DNA of 64,000 nucleotides, from assembly GCA_041633555.1 (NCBI GenBank), contig JBFKFZ010000001.1, positions 20,259-84,258 on the forward strand. The letters run 5' to 3'. Shown piece after piece: positions 17,271-27,974 of this stretch; positions within the stretch are counted from its first letter, which is position 1, and each line of letters opens with the position of its first letter. The notes under the pieces were generated by a model. The model did no database searches, was not told the DNA's origin, and saw nothing but the letters and a program-made list of their open reading frames with translations. The stretch is from Paracoccaceae bacterium (GTDB lineage Bacteria > Pseudomonadota > Alphaproteobacteria > Rhodobacterales > Rhodobacteraceae). Made by a program: the position numbers and the translations under genes.

Positions 17271-19982
17271 TTACTCGAAACTATAGGAAAACTCATTATC
17301 AGTCACATCTATCGCCACTTTCGTGACCTCGCCTCCCTCCAGCATCCGTTTCAGGAATTCCGCCGAGATTTCAGGCAGCATCGTGTTGGTGACGATCGCG
17401 TCGATCATCCGGCCGCCGCTTTCCAGCTCTTGGCAGCGGTCGACGATCGTCTGCACCACCGCGTCGCTATATTCGAACGGCACCTTGTGGCTTTGCATCA
17501 CGCGCTTGCGGATCCGCTCAAGCTGCAACACCGTAATCTTGCCGATCATCTCGGGGCTAAGCGGGTAATAGGGGATCGTCACCAGCCGCCCCAGCAGGGC
17601 CGCCGGGAAAATTTTCAGCAGCGGCTCGCGCAGCGCCTTGGCGATGCCCTCAGGCTCGGGCAGAAGGTCGGGATCGGCGCAGAGATCCATGATCAGGTCG
17701 CTGCCCGCGTTCGAGGTCAACAGGATCAGCGTGTTCTTGAAGTCGATCGTTCGGCCTTCGCCATCCTCCATCACGCCCTTGTCGAAGACCTGAAAAAAGA
17801 TCTCGTGCACATCGGGATGCGCCTTCTCGACCTCGTCGAGCAGCACCACCGAATAGGGCTTGCGCCGCACTGCCTCGGTCAGCACGCCGCCCTCGCCATA
17901 GCCGACATAACCCGGCGGCGCGCCCTTCAGGCTGCTGACGGTATGGGCTTCCTGATACTCGCTCATGTTGATGGTGATGACATTCTGTTCGCCGCCGTAA
18001 AGTACCTCCGCCAACGCCAGCGCCGTCTCGGTCTTGCCGACACCGGACGTGCCCGCCAAGAGGAAGACGCCAATCGGCTTCGAGGGGTTGTCGAGCCCGG
18101 CGCGGCTGGTCTGGATCCGCTTGGCGATCATCTTCATCGCGTGATCCTGACCGATGACGCGCTGGGCGAGACGATCTTCCAGTTTCAGAATCGTCTCGAT
18201 CTCGTCCTTCACGATGCGCCCGACGGGGATTCCGGTCCAGTCGCCGACGACGCTTGCAATTGCTTGCGCATCGACGATCGGCAGGATCAGCGGGTCCTCG
18301 CCCTGCAGTCTTTCCAGTTCGGCATTCTTGGCTTTCAACTCATCCAACAGCCTGGCGCGCGCCTTGGCATCCATCGGGCTGGCCTCTGCAGCGGCTTCGC
18401 TGTCCGCCTCGGGCGCATCGACCGGCGCGCCTCCGGCACGCAGTTGCGCGCGCAGATCGAGGATCGCCTCGACAACGGCTTTCTCGGCCTCCCAGCGACT
18501 GTTCAGCCCTTCCAGCCGCTTTTCCTCGGCCTCTTTCAGACTGGTGATCGTGCTCCGCCGCTCCTCGACCTCATAGCCCGCGGTTTCGTCACGCTCTATG
18601 ATCTCCAGTTCGGTCGTCAGGGCGTCGATCCGCTTGCGGGCATCGTCGACTTCCGCTGGCACGGCGTGCTGTGAAACCGCTACCCGCGCACAGGCGGTAT
18701 CGAGGACAGAAACCGATTTGTCGGGCAATTGCCGCGCCGGGATATAGCGCGCCGAGAGAGTGACCGCCGCTTCGATTCCCTCATCGAGAACCTGCACCTT
18801 GTGGTGCTTCTCCAGCATCGTCGCGATGCCGCGCATCATTAGCTTGGCCTTCGGAATGTCGGGTTCATCGACCGCGATCACCTGGAACCGGCGGGTCAGG
18901 GCCGGGTCCTTCTCGATATGCTTCTTGTATTCGGCCCACGTCGTCGCGCCGACGGTGCGCAGGGTCCCGCGCGCCAGCGCGGGTTTCAGCAAGTTCGCGG
19001 CATCGCCGGTGCCCGCTGCACCGCCGGCGCCCACCAAAGTATGGGTCTCGTCGATGAACATGATGATCGGTGTGGGCGAGGCCTGAACCTCGTCGATGAC
19101 GGCGCGCAGGCGCTTCTCGAACTCTCCCTTCATCGACGCGCCGGCCTGCAGCAGACCGACATCGAGCGCCAAAAGACGCGCATCATGCAAAGCGGGTGGG
19201 ACATCGCCGCGGGCGATCCGCAGCGCAAACCCCTCGACCACGGCGGTCTTGCCGACCCCCGCCTCTCCGGTCAGGATCGGGTTGTTCTGGCGCCGCCGCA
19301 TCAGCACATCTACGATCTGGCGGATCTCTTCGTCGCGTCCGACGATCGGGTCGATCTCGCCCTTCCGCGCCTGTTCGGTCAGGTCGGTACAGAACTGCGA
19401 CAGCGCCTCTTCCTTGCCCATCACCGCGGGTGCGGGCTCGCCTCCATCCGCGCGCGCCTTCGCAGCACTCCCGGTGGCTGACTTGTCCTGCGGCGTCATC
19501 CGGTCTTCGGGTGAGCCATCCGTGATCTTGTGAAAGTCGTCGGCCAGATCGTCGGCCTTGATCCGGGCGAGTTCGGGCGACATCGAGGACAGGATGTTGC
19601 GCAGGTTCGGGGTCTTCAGCATGCCGAGGATCAGATGGCCGGTGCGCACCTGGTTTGAAGAATAGAGCAGCGACCCCCAGACCCAGGCCCGCTCCATCGC
19701 ATCCTCGAGATGGCCCGACAGATCGCTGACCGCCGTCGCCCCGCGTGGCAGCGCGTCCAGAGCGGCGGTCATCTGCGTTGCGATCTTCGATGGGTCCAGA
19801 TCATATTGCCGAATGATCCGATGGATGTCGCTGTCCTGGCCGTTCAGGATCTGGTGGATCCAGTGCACGATCTCGACATAGGGATTGCCGCGCATCTTGC
19901 AGAATACGGTCGCGCTCTCAATCGCCTGATACCCCAGCGAATTCAGCTTCCCGAATAGCGCGACACGGCTGATCTCTGTCAT
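17271..19982 (-). CDS. clpV: T6SS AAA+ ATPase ClpV (TssH)
   Basis: 903 aa with two AAA+ modules ([18 protein letters not shown]) and the ClpV-type N-domain start [24 protein letters not shown]. Confidence 0.95.
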   Translation of the reverse strand: MTEISRVALFGKLNSLGYQAIESATVFCKMRGNPYVEIVHWIHQILNGQDSDIHRIIRQYDLDPSKIATQMTAALDALPRGATAVSDLSGHLEDAMERAWVWGSLLYSSNQVRTGHLILGMLKTPNLRNILSSMSPELARIKADDLADDFHKITDGSPEDRMTPQDKSATGSAAKARADGGEPAPAVMGKEEALSQFCTDLTEQARKGEIDPIVGRDEEIRQIVDVLMRRRQNNPILTGEAGVGKTAVVEGFALRIARGDVPPALHDARLLALDVGLLQAGASMKGEFEKRLRAVIDEVQASPTPIIMFIDETHTLVGAGGAAGTGDAANLLKPALARGTLRTVGATTWAEYKKHIEKDPALTRRFQVIAVDEPDIPKAKLMMRGIATMLEKHHKVQVLDEGIEAAVTLSARYIPARQLPDKSVSVLDTACARVAVSQHAVPAEVDDARKRIDALTTELEIIERDETAGYEVEERRSTITSLKEAEEKRLEGLNSRWEAEKAVVEAILDLRAQLRAGGAPVDAPEADSEAAAEASPMDAKARARLLDELKAKNAELERLQGEDPLILPIVDAQAIASVVGDWTGIPVGRIVKDEIETILKLEDRLAQRVIGQDHAMKMIAKRIQTSRAGLDNPSKPIGVFLLAGTSGVGKTETALALAEVLYGGEQNVITINMSEYQEAHTVSSLKGAPPGYVGYGEGGVLTEAVRRKPYSVVLLDEVEKAHPDVHEIFFQVFDKGVMEDGEGRTIDFKNTLILLTSNAGSDLIMDLCADPDLLPEPEGIAKALREPLLKIFPAALLGRLVTIPYYPLSPEMIGKITVLQLERIRKRVMQSHKVPFEYSDAVVQTIVDRCQELESGGRMIDAIVTNTMLPEISAEFLKRMLEGGEVTKVAIDVTDNEFSYSFE

Positions 19983-19998
19983 CTTCGTCGTCCTTCCT

Positions 19999-21060
19999 TC
20001 ATCCCTGTCCCGCAGCGGCGCGCGGGACCTCGACCGGTGCGAGTTCCATCATGCCCGCTTCAAGATACAATTCGTCCGCATCACCGGTGCGCTCGCCGCG
20101 ATCCATCCAGCTGACATGACCCAGCTGCGTGTTTTCGCCGACAACCGATGGCGGCACCTCGTCTGCCTTCAGGATCAGGTTAACATCCCAGTCAAGCGCC
20201 GGGCCGACATAGGAACGCACGATCGCCGCCAGCCGGCGCTGCGATGGCGTGCCCGGCAGCAGGCGCTTGTATTCCTCGAGACTGAGCGGCCCGATCCGCA
20301 GGCGGAACTTGACATTGCGGCTCCAGACCTGATTGCCGATCGAGGTCTCCTGCCCCAGCCCGCTCTGGCTGCCAAGCTCCCAGCGGTCTTCGGGCTCTAG
20401 CTCCAGCCATGTTCCGACGAACTCCACGACTTCCACCCTGGCATCGAAGAAAGCCGAAAGGATCGAGACGAGGCCTTCCGCATTCTTCGGCCCCTGCGCC
20501 AGAAGGCCCGCGAAATGCCGCTTGGCGACATCCGGAAACTCGTCGCGCTGGCGCAGGTTGCTGCCATGATAGCCGGCGATAGCGGCAACCTTCCGTTCAA
20601 AGAGGTCATTGTCGCCTCGATCAAAGCTCGGCGCGGGCTGGCCCGACGACCAGGCCCTGTAGAATAGCGACATCAGCCGGTGCGTCAGCATGTTGGCAAA
20701 AGCCACGAACGTGTTGTCGCGGTGGTTGCGTTGTCGGTCTCGCGCATATTCGGTCAGATGCAGCGGCAGCGGGCCGTGCGGGCCGAAAAGGCCAAAGAAG
20801 CGGTTGATCAGCCGCGAGGGTGCGCCGTTCCTGCCTTCTTCAAAGCTACGAATCGTCGAGGGCGGAAAGGACAGCTCCGCCTCCTGCCCCAGCCGCACCT
20901 TGTCCTGTCGCGGCCGGCGGCTTTCACCAAGTCGCGGCGTGTCCTTGTATGTTGCCTCGATGATGCGAAGCGCGTGAAAGATGTGATGCTTCTCGGGAGT
21001 GCGGGCAAGCTGCGCGAAATGCGTCAGATGACCCGGCCGAGACCGACTTTCGGACGCCAT
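19999..21060 (-). CDS. tssG: T6SS baseplate protein TssG (ImpH)
   Basis: FHALRIIEATYKDTPRLGESRRPRQDKVRLGQEAELSFPPSTI is typical of TssG. Overlaps the tssF 3' end by 37 nt. Confidence 0.9.
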   Translation of the reverse strand: MASESRSRPGHLTHFAQLARTPEKHHIFHALRIIEATYKDTPRLGESRRPRQDKVRLGQEAELSFPPSTIRSFEEGRNGAPSRLINRFFGLFGPHGPLPLHLTEYARDRQRNHRDNTFVAFANMLTHRLMSLFYRAWSSGQPAPSFDRGDNDLFERKVAAIAGYHGSNLRQRDEFPDVAKRHFAGLLAQGPKNAEGLVSILSAFFDARVEVVEFVGTWLELEPEDRWELGSQSGLGQETSIGNQVWSRNVKFRLRIGPLSLEEYKRLLPGTPSQRRLAAIVRSYVGPALDWDVNLILKADEVPPSVVGENTQLGHVSWMDRGERTGDADELYLEAGMMELAPVEVPRAAAGQG

Positions 21061-22898
21061 CTTGCGATTTCTCCGCGCTGTTGGGTGACAAGCACCGTTT
21101 CGGTGAAACTGTTGATCGACACGTATTTGCGGAAGAACTGCTCCAGCACGGATCCCAGCAGGTAGACGCTGGTGCCTTCGAAGAAGCTCTCGTCGAATGT
21201 CAGCTTGATCTCGAGCCCACGCACCGCCGTCGACAGGACCTCGTCTGCCATGCGCCGGACGATCGGGCGGCTCGAGACACCGACCATCCCTTCCATCTGC
21301 TTTTCGATCACCCGGTCGCCCGCCGGGGCGTAGATGCCGATCAGTTCTCGCAGCGCCTCCGCACCTCCTTTTTCGGTTTGCACGACCGACAGGTAGTTGA
21401 GGCTCAAATGGCTGATAAGGCGCCAGGCCGTGTCGCCCTGCGACAGCGTCGGGCGCGGTCGCGTCGGACTGATCGGGGTGCTAATATGTGCTACCGGACC
21501 GCCATCGGGCAGGTGAAACACATCCTTGGCCCCGGTCGCCAGCAGAAGCGGCAGATCGCGGTTGGTAACCATTGCCGAGATCGCCAACTGCCCCAGATCG
21601 GTGCCGTAAGGGGCCTGCATCGGATCGACCAGTGACACGTAAAGTTCGGAGCCGAGATATGAGGTCCGCACACCCTTCAGCCGCTCTTTCTCGGTACGTT
21701 GCCGCATCGTGCGATGCTGCGTGTAATAAGCGGGATGGCGTTCGCCGGCTGCCGTGAAATCGGTCGCGGAATAGAATGCCCTGAAGGGCACGTCATCCTC
21801 GCCCTCGGCGCTGATCCCGGTCACGGATTCGATCGAGTATATCTCGAAATCGAGTGGCGCCGTGCGGTCGGCCACGACATGCTGCTCGATATCGCTGGTC
21901 GAGATATGCACCCGGTCACAGCGCTTCGGGAAGAGGTTCACGGCCGGCGTCGCGTTCAGCGTGAAGGCATCGGGCGTGATGCCCTGCGCGATATCGGACC
22001 GCCCGTCCCTCAGGAGGATGTAGATATCGACATCCGCCCCCTTCGCGCGCCCCAACGCCAGCGACAGGCCGCGCAGATCGACGAAGTGGAACCGTTCCGG
22101 CATCGCGAAATATTCCTGCAGCAGCCGATAGCCGTCGAAGGACCGGCGCGGCGTCGGCAGCAACGCCTCCTCGCGTGAGAAACCGCGTGGAACGACGGCG
22201 CCTTTCGGCAGATGCACTGACCAGTCGGCCCGGCGATCCGTCGACCGTCCGACGAGCCCCGTCACCTCGGTGCAGAGCATTTCGTGCAGCGCCCAGTTCT
22301 GGCCCTCCTGGGCATCGAGAAACAGCGTCAGATCGTCGAGCGCCAGATCCGCGATGGGCTGCCCGCCATGCCGCTGCAACCGCAGACGGATCCCGGCCCG
22401 CGCCTCGACATCGCGGCTGATACCAGCAGCGGTCAGCGCGCCGCGGCCGTCGATATATTCGGCTTCAGTGATCTTGATCGGCCACATCGTCACCGTATGG
22501 GCGGTGCGAAACGTGCAAGGGGTCTTGTCGTCATCGGCCAGCTTGCTGCGCAGCACGGTGTTGCGCGGCACCACATATCCGTCGACCAGCGCGGCATTCT
22601 GCATGTCGGGCTCGAACTCCGCGACCATCATCGACGGGGTCGGTGCGAGGTAATGCGGATAGACGATTTCCAGAAGGTGGCTGGTCAGAGCAGGGAACTG
22701 CATTTCCAGTTCCAGCTGGACGCGGGCCGAGAGAAAGGCGACACCCTCAAGAAGGCGCTCTATATAGGGATCGTGAACCTCGACCCCATCCATCCCGAGG
22801 CGAGATGCGATCTTGGGATAGGCTTCGGCGAATTCGCTCCCCATGTCGCGCAGGAATGCCAGTTCGCCCTCGTAATGTTTCAGCAGCCTGGTATCCAT
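21024..22898 (-). CDS. tssF: T6SS baseplate protein TssF (ImpG)
   Basis: MDTRLLKHYEGELAFLRDMGSEFAEAYPKIASRLG is the canonical TssF N-terminus; 624 aa. Confidence 0.95.
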   Translation of the reverse strand: MDTRLLKHYEGELAFLRDMGSEFAEAYPKIASRLGMDGVEVHDPYIERLLEGVAFLSARVQLELEMQFPALTSHLLEIVYPHYLAPTPSMMVAEFEPDMQNAALVDGYVVPRNTVLRSKLADDDKTPCTFRTAHTVTMWPIKITEAEYIDGRGALTAAGISRDVEARAGIRLRLQRHGGQPIADLALDDLTLFLDAQEGQNWALHEMLCTEVTGLVGRSTDRRADWSVHLPKGAVVPRGFSREEALLPTPRRSFDGYRLLQEYFAMPERFHFVDLRGLSLALGRAKGADVDIYILLRDGRSDIAQGITPDAFTLNATPAVNLFPKRCDRVHISTSDIEQHVVADRTAPLDFEIYSIESVTGISAEGEDDVPFRAFYSATDFTAAGERHPAYYTQHRTMRQRTEKERLKGVRTSYLGSELYVSLVDPMQAPYGTDLGQLAISAMVTNRDLPLLLATGAKDVFHLPDGGPVAHISTPISPTRPRPTLSQGDTAWRLISHLSLNYLSVVQTEKGGAEALRELIGIYAPAGDRVIEKQMEGMVGVSSRPIVRRMADEVLSTAVRGLEIKLTFDESFFEGTSVYLLGSVLEQFFRKYVSINSFTETVLVTQQRGEIARWRPKVGLGRVI

Positions 22899-22904
22899 GA
22901 TGCC

Positions 22905-23405
22905 TCAGAGCACCCTTTCCAGTTTCAACTCGCCGGTGGTGATATCCACCTCGGAGCGCAGATAAAGCTCGAGCGGCAGGGGCTGCGCCCACATGTCGGC
23001 GCGAATGTCGAACGTGATGATTGTTTCGCGGTTGTTATCCATACCCGCGCGCAACTCGACATCTATCGAGCCCTTGCGAATCCGCGGCTCAAACCTGTCG
23101 ATCGCGCGGTGGATCGATTTACGGATCAGTTCGGCCCGCTCCAGCGTCGAATAGTCGCCGGCAACCTCGCGCACGCCGAAATTCAGCACCGATTCATGCA
23201 CATGTGGGTACCGGTCCGCGTCGATCAGCGTGGCATTGTTGCTGGTGTTCAATAGCCACGAGAGATCCCGCTCGATGATCTGGCGCAGTTCGCGCAAGTC
23301 GATGACCCGCGCCTCCCGCGCCTCGGACTTGGTCTGCGGATCGGTATCGGTGAGCCGATCCAGCAACGACGGCTGCAACCGTTCAGAGACTGCAACGTCA
23401 GACAT
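22905..23405 (-). CDS. tssE: T6SS baseplate protein TssE (gp25-like)
   Basis: LQPSLLDRLTD motif, 166 aa. 8-nt overlap with the tagJ 3' end. Confidence 0.9.
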   Translation of the reverse strand: MSDVAVSERLQPSLLDRLTDTDPQTKSEAREARVIDLRELRQIIERDLSWLLNTSNNATLIDADRYPHVHESVLNFGVREVAGDYSTLERAELIRKSIHRAIDRFEPRIRKGSIDVELRAGMDNNRETIITFDIRADMWAQPLPLELYLRSEVDITTGELKLERVL

Positions 23406-24195
23406 TTTGCGGACCCAACCTCAGCGAGCGAACGTCCATCAATGCCGTGTCGCCCTGGTCGGTAGTGAACAGCCGCTGCCCCGAACCGACAAAGGTTTCA
23501 TATCCCACATCGGACCAGGTTGTAGATCGGGCGAGCAGTTCTGTCGCGACGCCGCCCGCTGTCGTGCCGGCATAGCGCGTCGGGATCAGCACCACGACCT
23601 CGCCGCCATTTGCAAGCTTCAGAGTCCCCGGGGTCCAGACGAGATCGCGCAGGTCAGACGGATCTTCGAATGTAAGTGAGGAGATGGCATCGAACGGCAT
23701 CCAGAAATATCGACCGTTCACCACCACTTCCAGCAGCGGGCCGAGCCGCATGTCGGCATCGGCGATCCACTCGAACGGTTCGCCGTTCAGCGTTCCCGAG
23801 ACACCCGGCGCGGTATCGAAAGCACGTGCGCGCAGGTCTGCCGCCTTATCGGCCTTGCCCGCCGCCAGGGCCTTCATGGCCTCGATCATCAGCGCGATCC
23901 ATTCCTTCGGCTCCCCGAAGATCAGCGGTTCCTTTTCTCCCGCGAAAACCCTTTCGCGATAGACCTCGCAGACGATGCCTTCCCGATAGGTCTGGGCCAT
24001 CGGAACCGCTTGCGGATCCATTTCGCCGCAGAGCTTCAGCTGCGTGATCGCGCGTTTCCAGTCGCCCTTCACGCAGAGCAGCTGGAACAGGAAGATCCGC
24101 AGCTTTGGATTGGCTGCATCGGCGCGCACCGCGTCCTGCAGGGACGACAGAACACCATCCAGATCGCCGGATTGAAGGAGTTCTTCCGCCTGCAT
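23398..24195 (-). CDS. tagJ: T6SS accessory protein TagJ (ImpE)
   Basis: TPR-like N-terminus (AEELLQSGDLDGVLSSLQDAVRADAANPKLRIFLFQLLCVKGDWKRA) and ImpE C-terminal motifs (RYFWMPF...LRDLVWTP...PTRYAGT). Confidence 0.85.
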   Translation of the reverse strand: MQAEELLQSGDLDGVLSSLQDAVRADAANPKLRIFLFQLLCVKGDWKRAITQLKLCGEMDPQAVPMAQTYREGIVCEVYRERVFAGEKEPLIFGEPKEWIALMIEAMKALAAGKADKAADLRARAFDTAPGVSGTLNGEPFEWIADADMRLGPLLEVVVNGRYFWMPFDAISSLTFEDPSDLRDLVWTPGTLKLANGGEVVVLIPTRYAGTTAGGVATELLARSTTWSDVGYETFVGSGQRLFTTDQGDTALMDVRSLRLGPQNV

Positions 24196-24221
24196 CTAAC
24201 GCCTCCGCACAATTGCAGGAG

Positions 24222-24252
24222 CCTGTGCTGGGGTTTCAAAACCCACCACAGG
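24222..24252 (-). promoter_or_regulatory. Stem-loop in the hcp-tagJ intergenic spacer (possible partial terminator or mRNA stabiliser)
   Basis: CCTGTGGTGGGTT-TTGA-AACCCCAGCACAGG on the coding strand, 27 nt after the hcp stop. No U-tract. Confidence 0.4.
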
Positions 24253-24278
24253 CGATCTTTGAGAAAGCAACAGGCTGT

Positions 24279-24797
24279 TCAGACGGCCAGGTTCGCCTGG
24301 TTCTTGACGCGGCTCCATTCTGCGGTCTTGGGCTGCTCCATCGAACCGTCCTGCTTTTGCTTGCGGTAGCTGACCTTCATCGCCCCGTACTGGATCACGA
24401 TGGTCTCTTCGCAAACATCGTCACCGTCCGCGCCGGACCAGCTGATGTCCTGCAGCATCACCAGTTTGAACTCCCATTTCAGGAACCCATCCCCGGACTT
24501 GCCGGCCATGCCGCCAGAGCGCCGCAGCTCGATGACCATGTCATCGAAATGCTTGCCCTCGCAGAGCTTGGCGAAAAGCTCGGCCGACGAAGTGTCGGTC
24601 TTCTTGGTGATCGTCAGTTCCTTGAAGGTCGCCTTACCGGCACCACCACCACCGGAGATGGATCCGATATTGATGTTGTTCTCTGCGCCGATCTCGAAGC
24701 TGAGGATCTCGAGGGCCTTCTCGGCCTTCATTATCTCGTCCTGCGTTTCCCCTTCAATCTTTGATCCGGGAAAGTACATGAATGCGTCAAATGCCAT
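24279..24797 (-). CDS. hcp: T6SS tube protein Hcp (TssD)
   Basis: 172 aa starting MAFDAFMYFPGSKIEGETQDE, a typical Hcp1-family size and start. Lies between tssC and tagJ. Confidence 0.95.
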   Translation of the reverse strand: MAFDAFMYFPGSKIEGETQDEIMKAEKALEILSFEIGAENNINIGSISGGGGAGKATFKELTITKKTDTSSAELFAKLCEGKHFDDMVIELRRSGGMAGKSGDGFLKWEFKLVMLQDISWSGADGDDVCEETIVIQYGAMKVSYRKQKQDGSMEQPKTAEWSRVKNQANLAV

Positions 24798-24859
24798 TTG
24801 GGTCGCTCCTTTTCATAATTCTCGCTGTTGGTGCGTGTCAGATCAATTTCACACGCGGT

Positions 24860-26353
24860 TCAGCCCTTCTCTGCGGGCAGTTTTGATACCAGCCTCAAGG
24901 ACACTGATAGCCCTTCAAGCTGATAATGAGGTCGAAGGAAAAACTTCGACGAGTAGTATCCTGGATTTCCTTCCACATCCTCCACGACAACTTCGGCAGC
25001 AGCCAGCGGCTGACGCGCCTTTACCGCTTCGGGCGATGTTTCGGAGTTGAAATCGACGTAGTTGTTAATCCATTCCTGCAGCCAAATCTGCATTTCTTCG
25101 CGGCTCTTGTAAGACCCCACTTTATCACGAACGATGCATTTCAGGTAGTGGGCGAAACGGCAGGTCGCGAATAGGTATGGCAGCCGCGCCGCCAGATTGG
25201 CGTTGGAGGTCGCGTCCGGATCGGAATATTCAGCCGGCTTGTGCAGGGACTGCGCGCCGATAAAGGCCGCGAGGTCCGAGTTCTTGCGATGAATGAGAGG
25301 CATCATGCCGTTCTTTGCCAATTCGGCCTCGCGCCGGTCCGAGATCGCGATCTCGGTCGGGCATTTCTGGTCGATGCCGCCATCGTCGGTCGGGAAGGTA
25401 TGCGATGGCAGGTTTTCCAGCGCTCCGCCAGACTCGACCCCACGAATGCGCGAACACCAGCCGTATTCCTTGAACGAACGGTTGATGTTGACGGCCATGC
25501 CATAGGCCGCGTTCACCCAACTGTACTTGTTAGCGTCCGATCCGTCGGTATCCTCCTCGAAGGCGAAGGCCTCAACCGGGTCGGTTTTCGATCCGTAAGG
25601 CAGACGCCCCAGAAAGCGCGGCATCGCAAGGCCGACATACTTGCTGTCTTCGCTGTCGCGCAGCGAGCGCCAGCTTGCATATTCCGGCGTCTGGAATATC
25701 TTGGTCAGATCGCGCGGGTTTGCCAGTTCCGACCAACTGTCCATCTGAAAGAGCGCCGGGTCGGCACCGGCAATCAGCGGCGCATGGGCCGCGGCGGCGA
25801 TCTTGGCCATTTCGCCGAGAAGTTCCACGTCGGGCGGCGAATGGTCGAAATGATAATCCGCCACTAGCGTGCCATAGGGCTCGCCGCCGAACTGGCCGAA
25901 TTCCTCTTCATAGATCTTTTTGAAGATCGGCGACTGGTCCCAGGCGGTGCCTTTGAACTTGCGCAGGGTCTTATGCATATCCTTTTTCGAGATATTCATG
26001 ACCCGGACCTTCAGCATCTCGTCCGATTCAGTGTTGTTCACCAGATAATGCAGCCCGCGCCAGGCGCTTTCCATCTGCTGGAAATCGGCGTGGTGCAGGA
26101 TCAGGTTAACCTGTTCGGTCAGCTTCTTGTCGATTTCGGCGATGATCCCCTCGATCGAGCGAAGCGCGTCGTCCGAAATAAGCCCCGTATTTTCCAGCGC
26201 CTGCTGCGCCAGCGTCTTGACCGCCTGTTCGACGGCTGTTCGGGCCTGTTCGGATTTCGGTCGGAACTCTTTCTGCAGCAGCGCCTCGAAATCAGAGGCC
26301 TCTGCTACGGTTTCGCCAGCCTCGCCTGCGGCTTGTTTTTCTGTCTCGGCCAT
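24860..26353 (-). CDS. tssC: T6SS contractile sheath large subunit TssC (VipB/ImpC)
   Basis: 497 aa with conserved blocks HHADFQQMESAWRGLHYLV, AMPRFLGRLPYG, LPYLFATCRFAHYLK. Confidence 0.95.
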   Translation of the reverse strand: MAETEKQAAGEAGETVAEASDFEALLQKEFRPKSEQARTAVEQAVKTLAQQALENTGLISDDALRSIEGIIAEIDKKLTEQVNLILHHADFQQMESAWRGLHYLVNNTESDEMLKVRVMNISKKDMHKTLRKFKGTAWDQSPIFKKIYEEEFGQFGGEPYGTLVADYHFDHSPPDVELLGEMAKIAAAAHAPLIAGADPALFQMDSWSELANPRDLTKIFQTPEYASWRSLRDSEDSKYVGLAMPRFLGRLPYGSKTDPVEAFAFEEDTDGSDANKYSWVNAAYGMAVNINRSFKEYGWCSRIRGVESGGALENLPSHTFPTDDGGIDQKCPTEIAISDRREAELAKNGMMPLIHRKNSDLAAFIGAQSLHKPAEYSDPDATSNANLAARLPYLFATCRFAHYLKCIVRDKVGSYKSREEMQIWLQEWINNYVDFNSETSPEAVKARQPLAAAEVVVEDVEGNPGYYSSKFFLRPHYQLEGLSVSLRLVSKLPAEKG

Positions 26354-26356
26354 GCC

Positions 26357-26884
26357 TTACTCCGTCTCTTTTTGTTCTGACTTCTCGTCGGCCGTTTCCG
26401 CGGGCTTCTCGGCCAGGGTCGCAAGCAAAGCCGGATCCTGGATCACCTTGCGGATCAGTTCCTCTGCGCCGGTCTTGCCATCCATGTAGGTCATCAAGTT
26501 CGACAACTGGGTGCGCGCATCCAGCAGTTTCTTCAGCGGCTCCACCTTCGCGGCAATGGCTGCGGGACTGAAATCATCCATCGACTCGAAGGTGATATCG
26601 ACCGCCATGTTGCCTTCACCGGTCAGCGTGTTGGGCACAGAAAACGCAGCCCGGGGCTTCATCGACTTCATCCGCTCGTCGAAATTGTCGACGTCGATCT
26701 CCATGAACTTGCGGTCGGCAACCGAAGGCTGCGGCGCTTCCGACTTGCCCGCCAGGTCGGACATGACACCCATCACGAAGGGCAACTGGATCTTCTTTTC
26801 GGCCCCGTACAATTCCACATCATATTCGATCTGGACCCGTGGCGCACGGTTTCGCGCGATGAACTTCTGCGAACTTCTTGCCAT
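26357..26884 (-). CDS. tssB: T6SS contractile sheath small subunit TssB (VipA/ImpB)
   Basis: RVQIEYDVELYGAEKKIQLPFVMGVMSDLAG is the TssB signature. 3 nt upstream of tssC. Confidence 0.95.
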   Translation of the reverse strand: MARSSQKFIARNRAPRVQIEYDVELYGAEKKIQLPFVMGVMSDLAGKSEAPQPSVADRKFMEIDVDNFDERMKSMKPRAAFSVPNTLTGEGNMAVDITFESMDDFSPAAIAAKVEPLKKLLDARTQLSNLMTYMDGKTGAEELIRKVIQDPALLATLAEKPAETADEKSEQKETE

Positions 26885-26945
26885 CTCTTGCTACTCCTCA
26901 GCGATTGTCTTCAGGGCATTGCGGTCACGCGATGCAGGAATTCTC

Positions 26946-27974
26946 TTACTCATCGACCAGGCCTCCGATCAAATTGACATTCTCGATGCCGTTCGGGGCC
27001 ATATCCTTGACGATCGTCAGAAAATCAGCGCTGACCAGCCGTTTCGCCCGCGTCAAAAGGATCGGCACCGGGCTGGAGGGTTCTGCCCGCTTGTAATAGG
27101 CGATGATCCTGTCGAGCGCATTCTGCACATCATTGGGAGAGTTGATGGCCCCGACGCCACCGCCGGCCGCCTTCGCGCCGGCAGGGGCGGCTGCCGGTTC
27201 ACCGGCTTCGGCCCCGGCCTCGACCCCTTCGACTTCAACGGCATCACCGGCCACCGGCTCCAGCCGGGCGATGACCTGTCCCAGCAGCTTCATCAACGGG
27301 TCCAGTTCCGGCCCGCGCCCGGGAAGCATTTCGTCGAATTTGGCGTTGATCGCGCGTACGTTCTCGAGCGATTGACGGGCTCCGGTCAGTGCGGACTGCA
27401 GAAACTCCTGGGCCGTGTCCTGAAAGGCCGCCGCGATCGAGGAGGAGTCCGGAACTTCCTCGTCATCCTCTCCTGCGGTCGCCTCGCCCTCGGCGATGGC
27501 GATGTCGCGCAGGCTCATCCGCCCGAAGGTGCGGCTGTCGGTCAGCGGCGTGATCCTGATGCCGCGCAATATCGTATCGGGTGCGGCGAGCGACAGAATC
27601 ACGTTGATCCGCTGTGTCGGATCATCGTCATCATCGGCATCGAGCTGCGGGTGGCAGGTGTCCCAGTAGCGCTCCAGGCAGCCCCTGACATAGGCGGTTC
27701 CGTCGGCAAAGCCGGGAAAGCCCCGAAGACGCAATTCCGACATCGACAGAAACACGCCGGCCCGCAGGTCGTGGCTCTGTTCCAGCACCGCCAGAGCGGC
27801 CCCTGTCACTTCCTTGAAATCGGGATCTTCCGCGGCGATGATCTTGTCCCCGGCCTGACGCTCTTCGCCCGGCTGCGCCGCCAGTTCCAGGGTCATGAAG
27901 GCAAGATCGTAGACCATGTCCTCGCCACTTGGGTTTTCGTCGCCGTGGCTCTGAAGAAGTGCCTCTAGATCCAT
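26946..27974 (-). CDS. tssA: T6SS protein TssA (ImpA N-terminal domain family)
   Basis: ImpA_N-type start MDLEALLQSHGDENPSGEDMVYDLAFMTLELAAQ. First gene of the operon. Confidence 0.9.
   Translation of the reverse strand: MDLEALLQSHGDENPSGEDMVYDLAFMTLELAAQPGEERQAGDKIIAAEDPDFKEVTGAALAVLEQSHDLRAGVFLSMSELRLRGFPGFADGTAYVRGCLERYWDTCHPQLDADDDDDPTQRINVILSLAAPDTILRGIRITPLTDSRTFGRMSLRDIAIAEGEATAGEDDEEVPDSSSIAAAFQDTAQEFLQSALTGARQSLENVRAINAKFDEMLPGRGPELDPLMKLLGQVIARLEPVAGDAVEVEGVEAGAEAGEPAAAPAGAKAAGGGVGAINSPNDVQNALDRIIAYYKRAEPSSPVPILLTRAKRLVSADFLTIVKDMAPNGIENVNLIGGLVDE

Noticed and set aside
17430-18674. 414-aa plus-strand ORF
   Set aside because: Antisense to clpV; high-GC artefact.
26511-27968. 485-aa plus-strand ORF
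   Set aside because: Antisense to tssB/tssA, both of which carry family-specific motifs.
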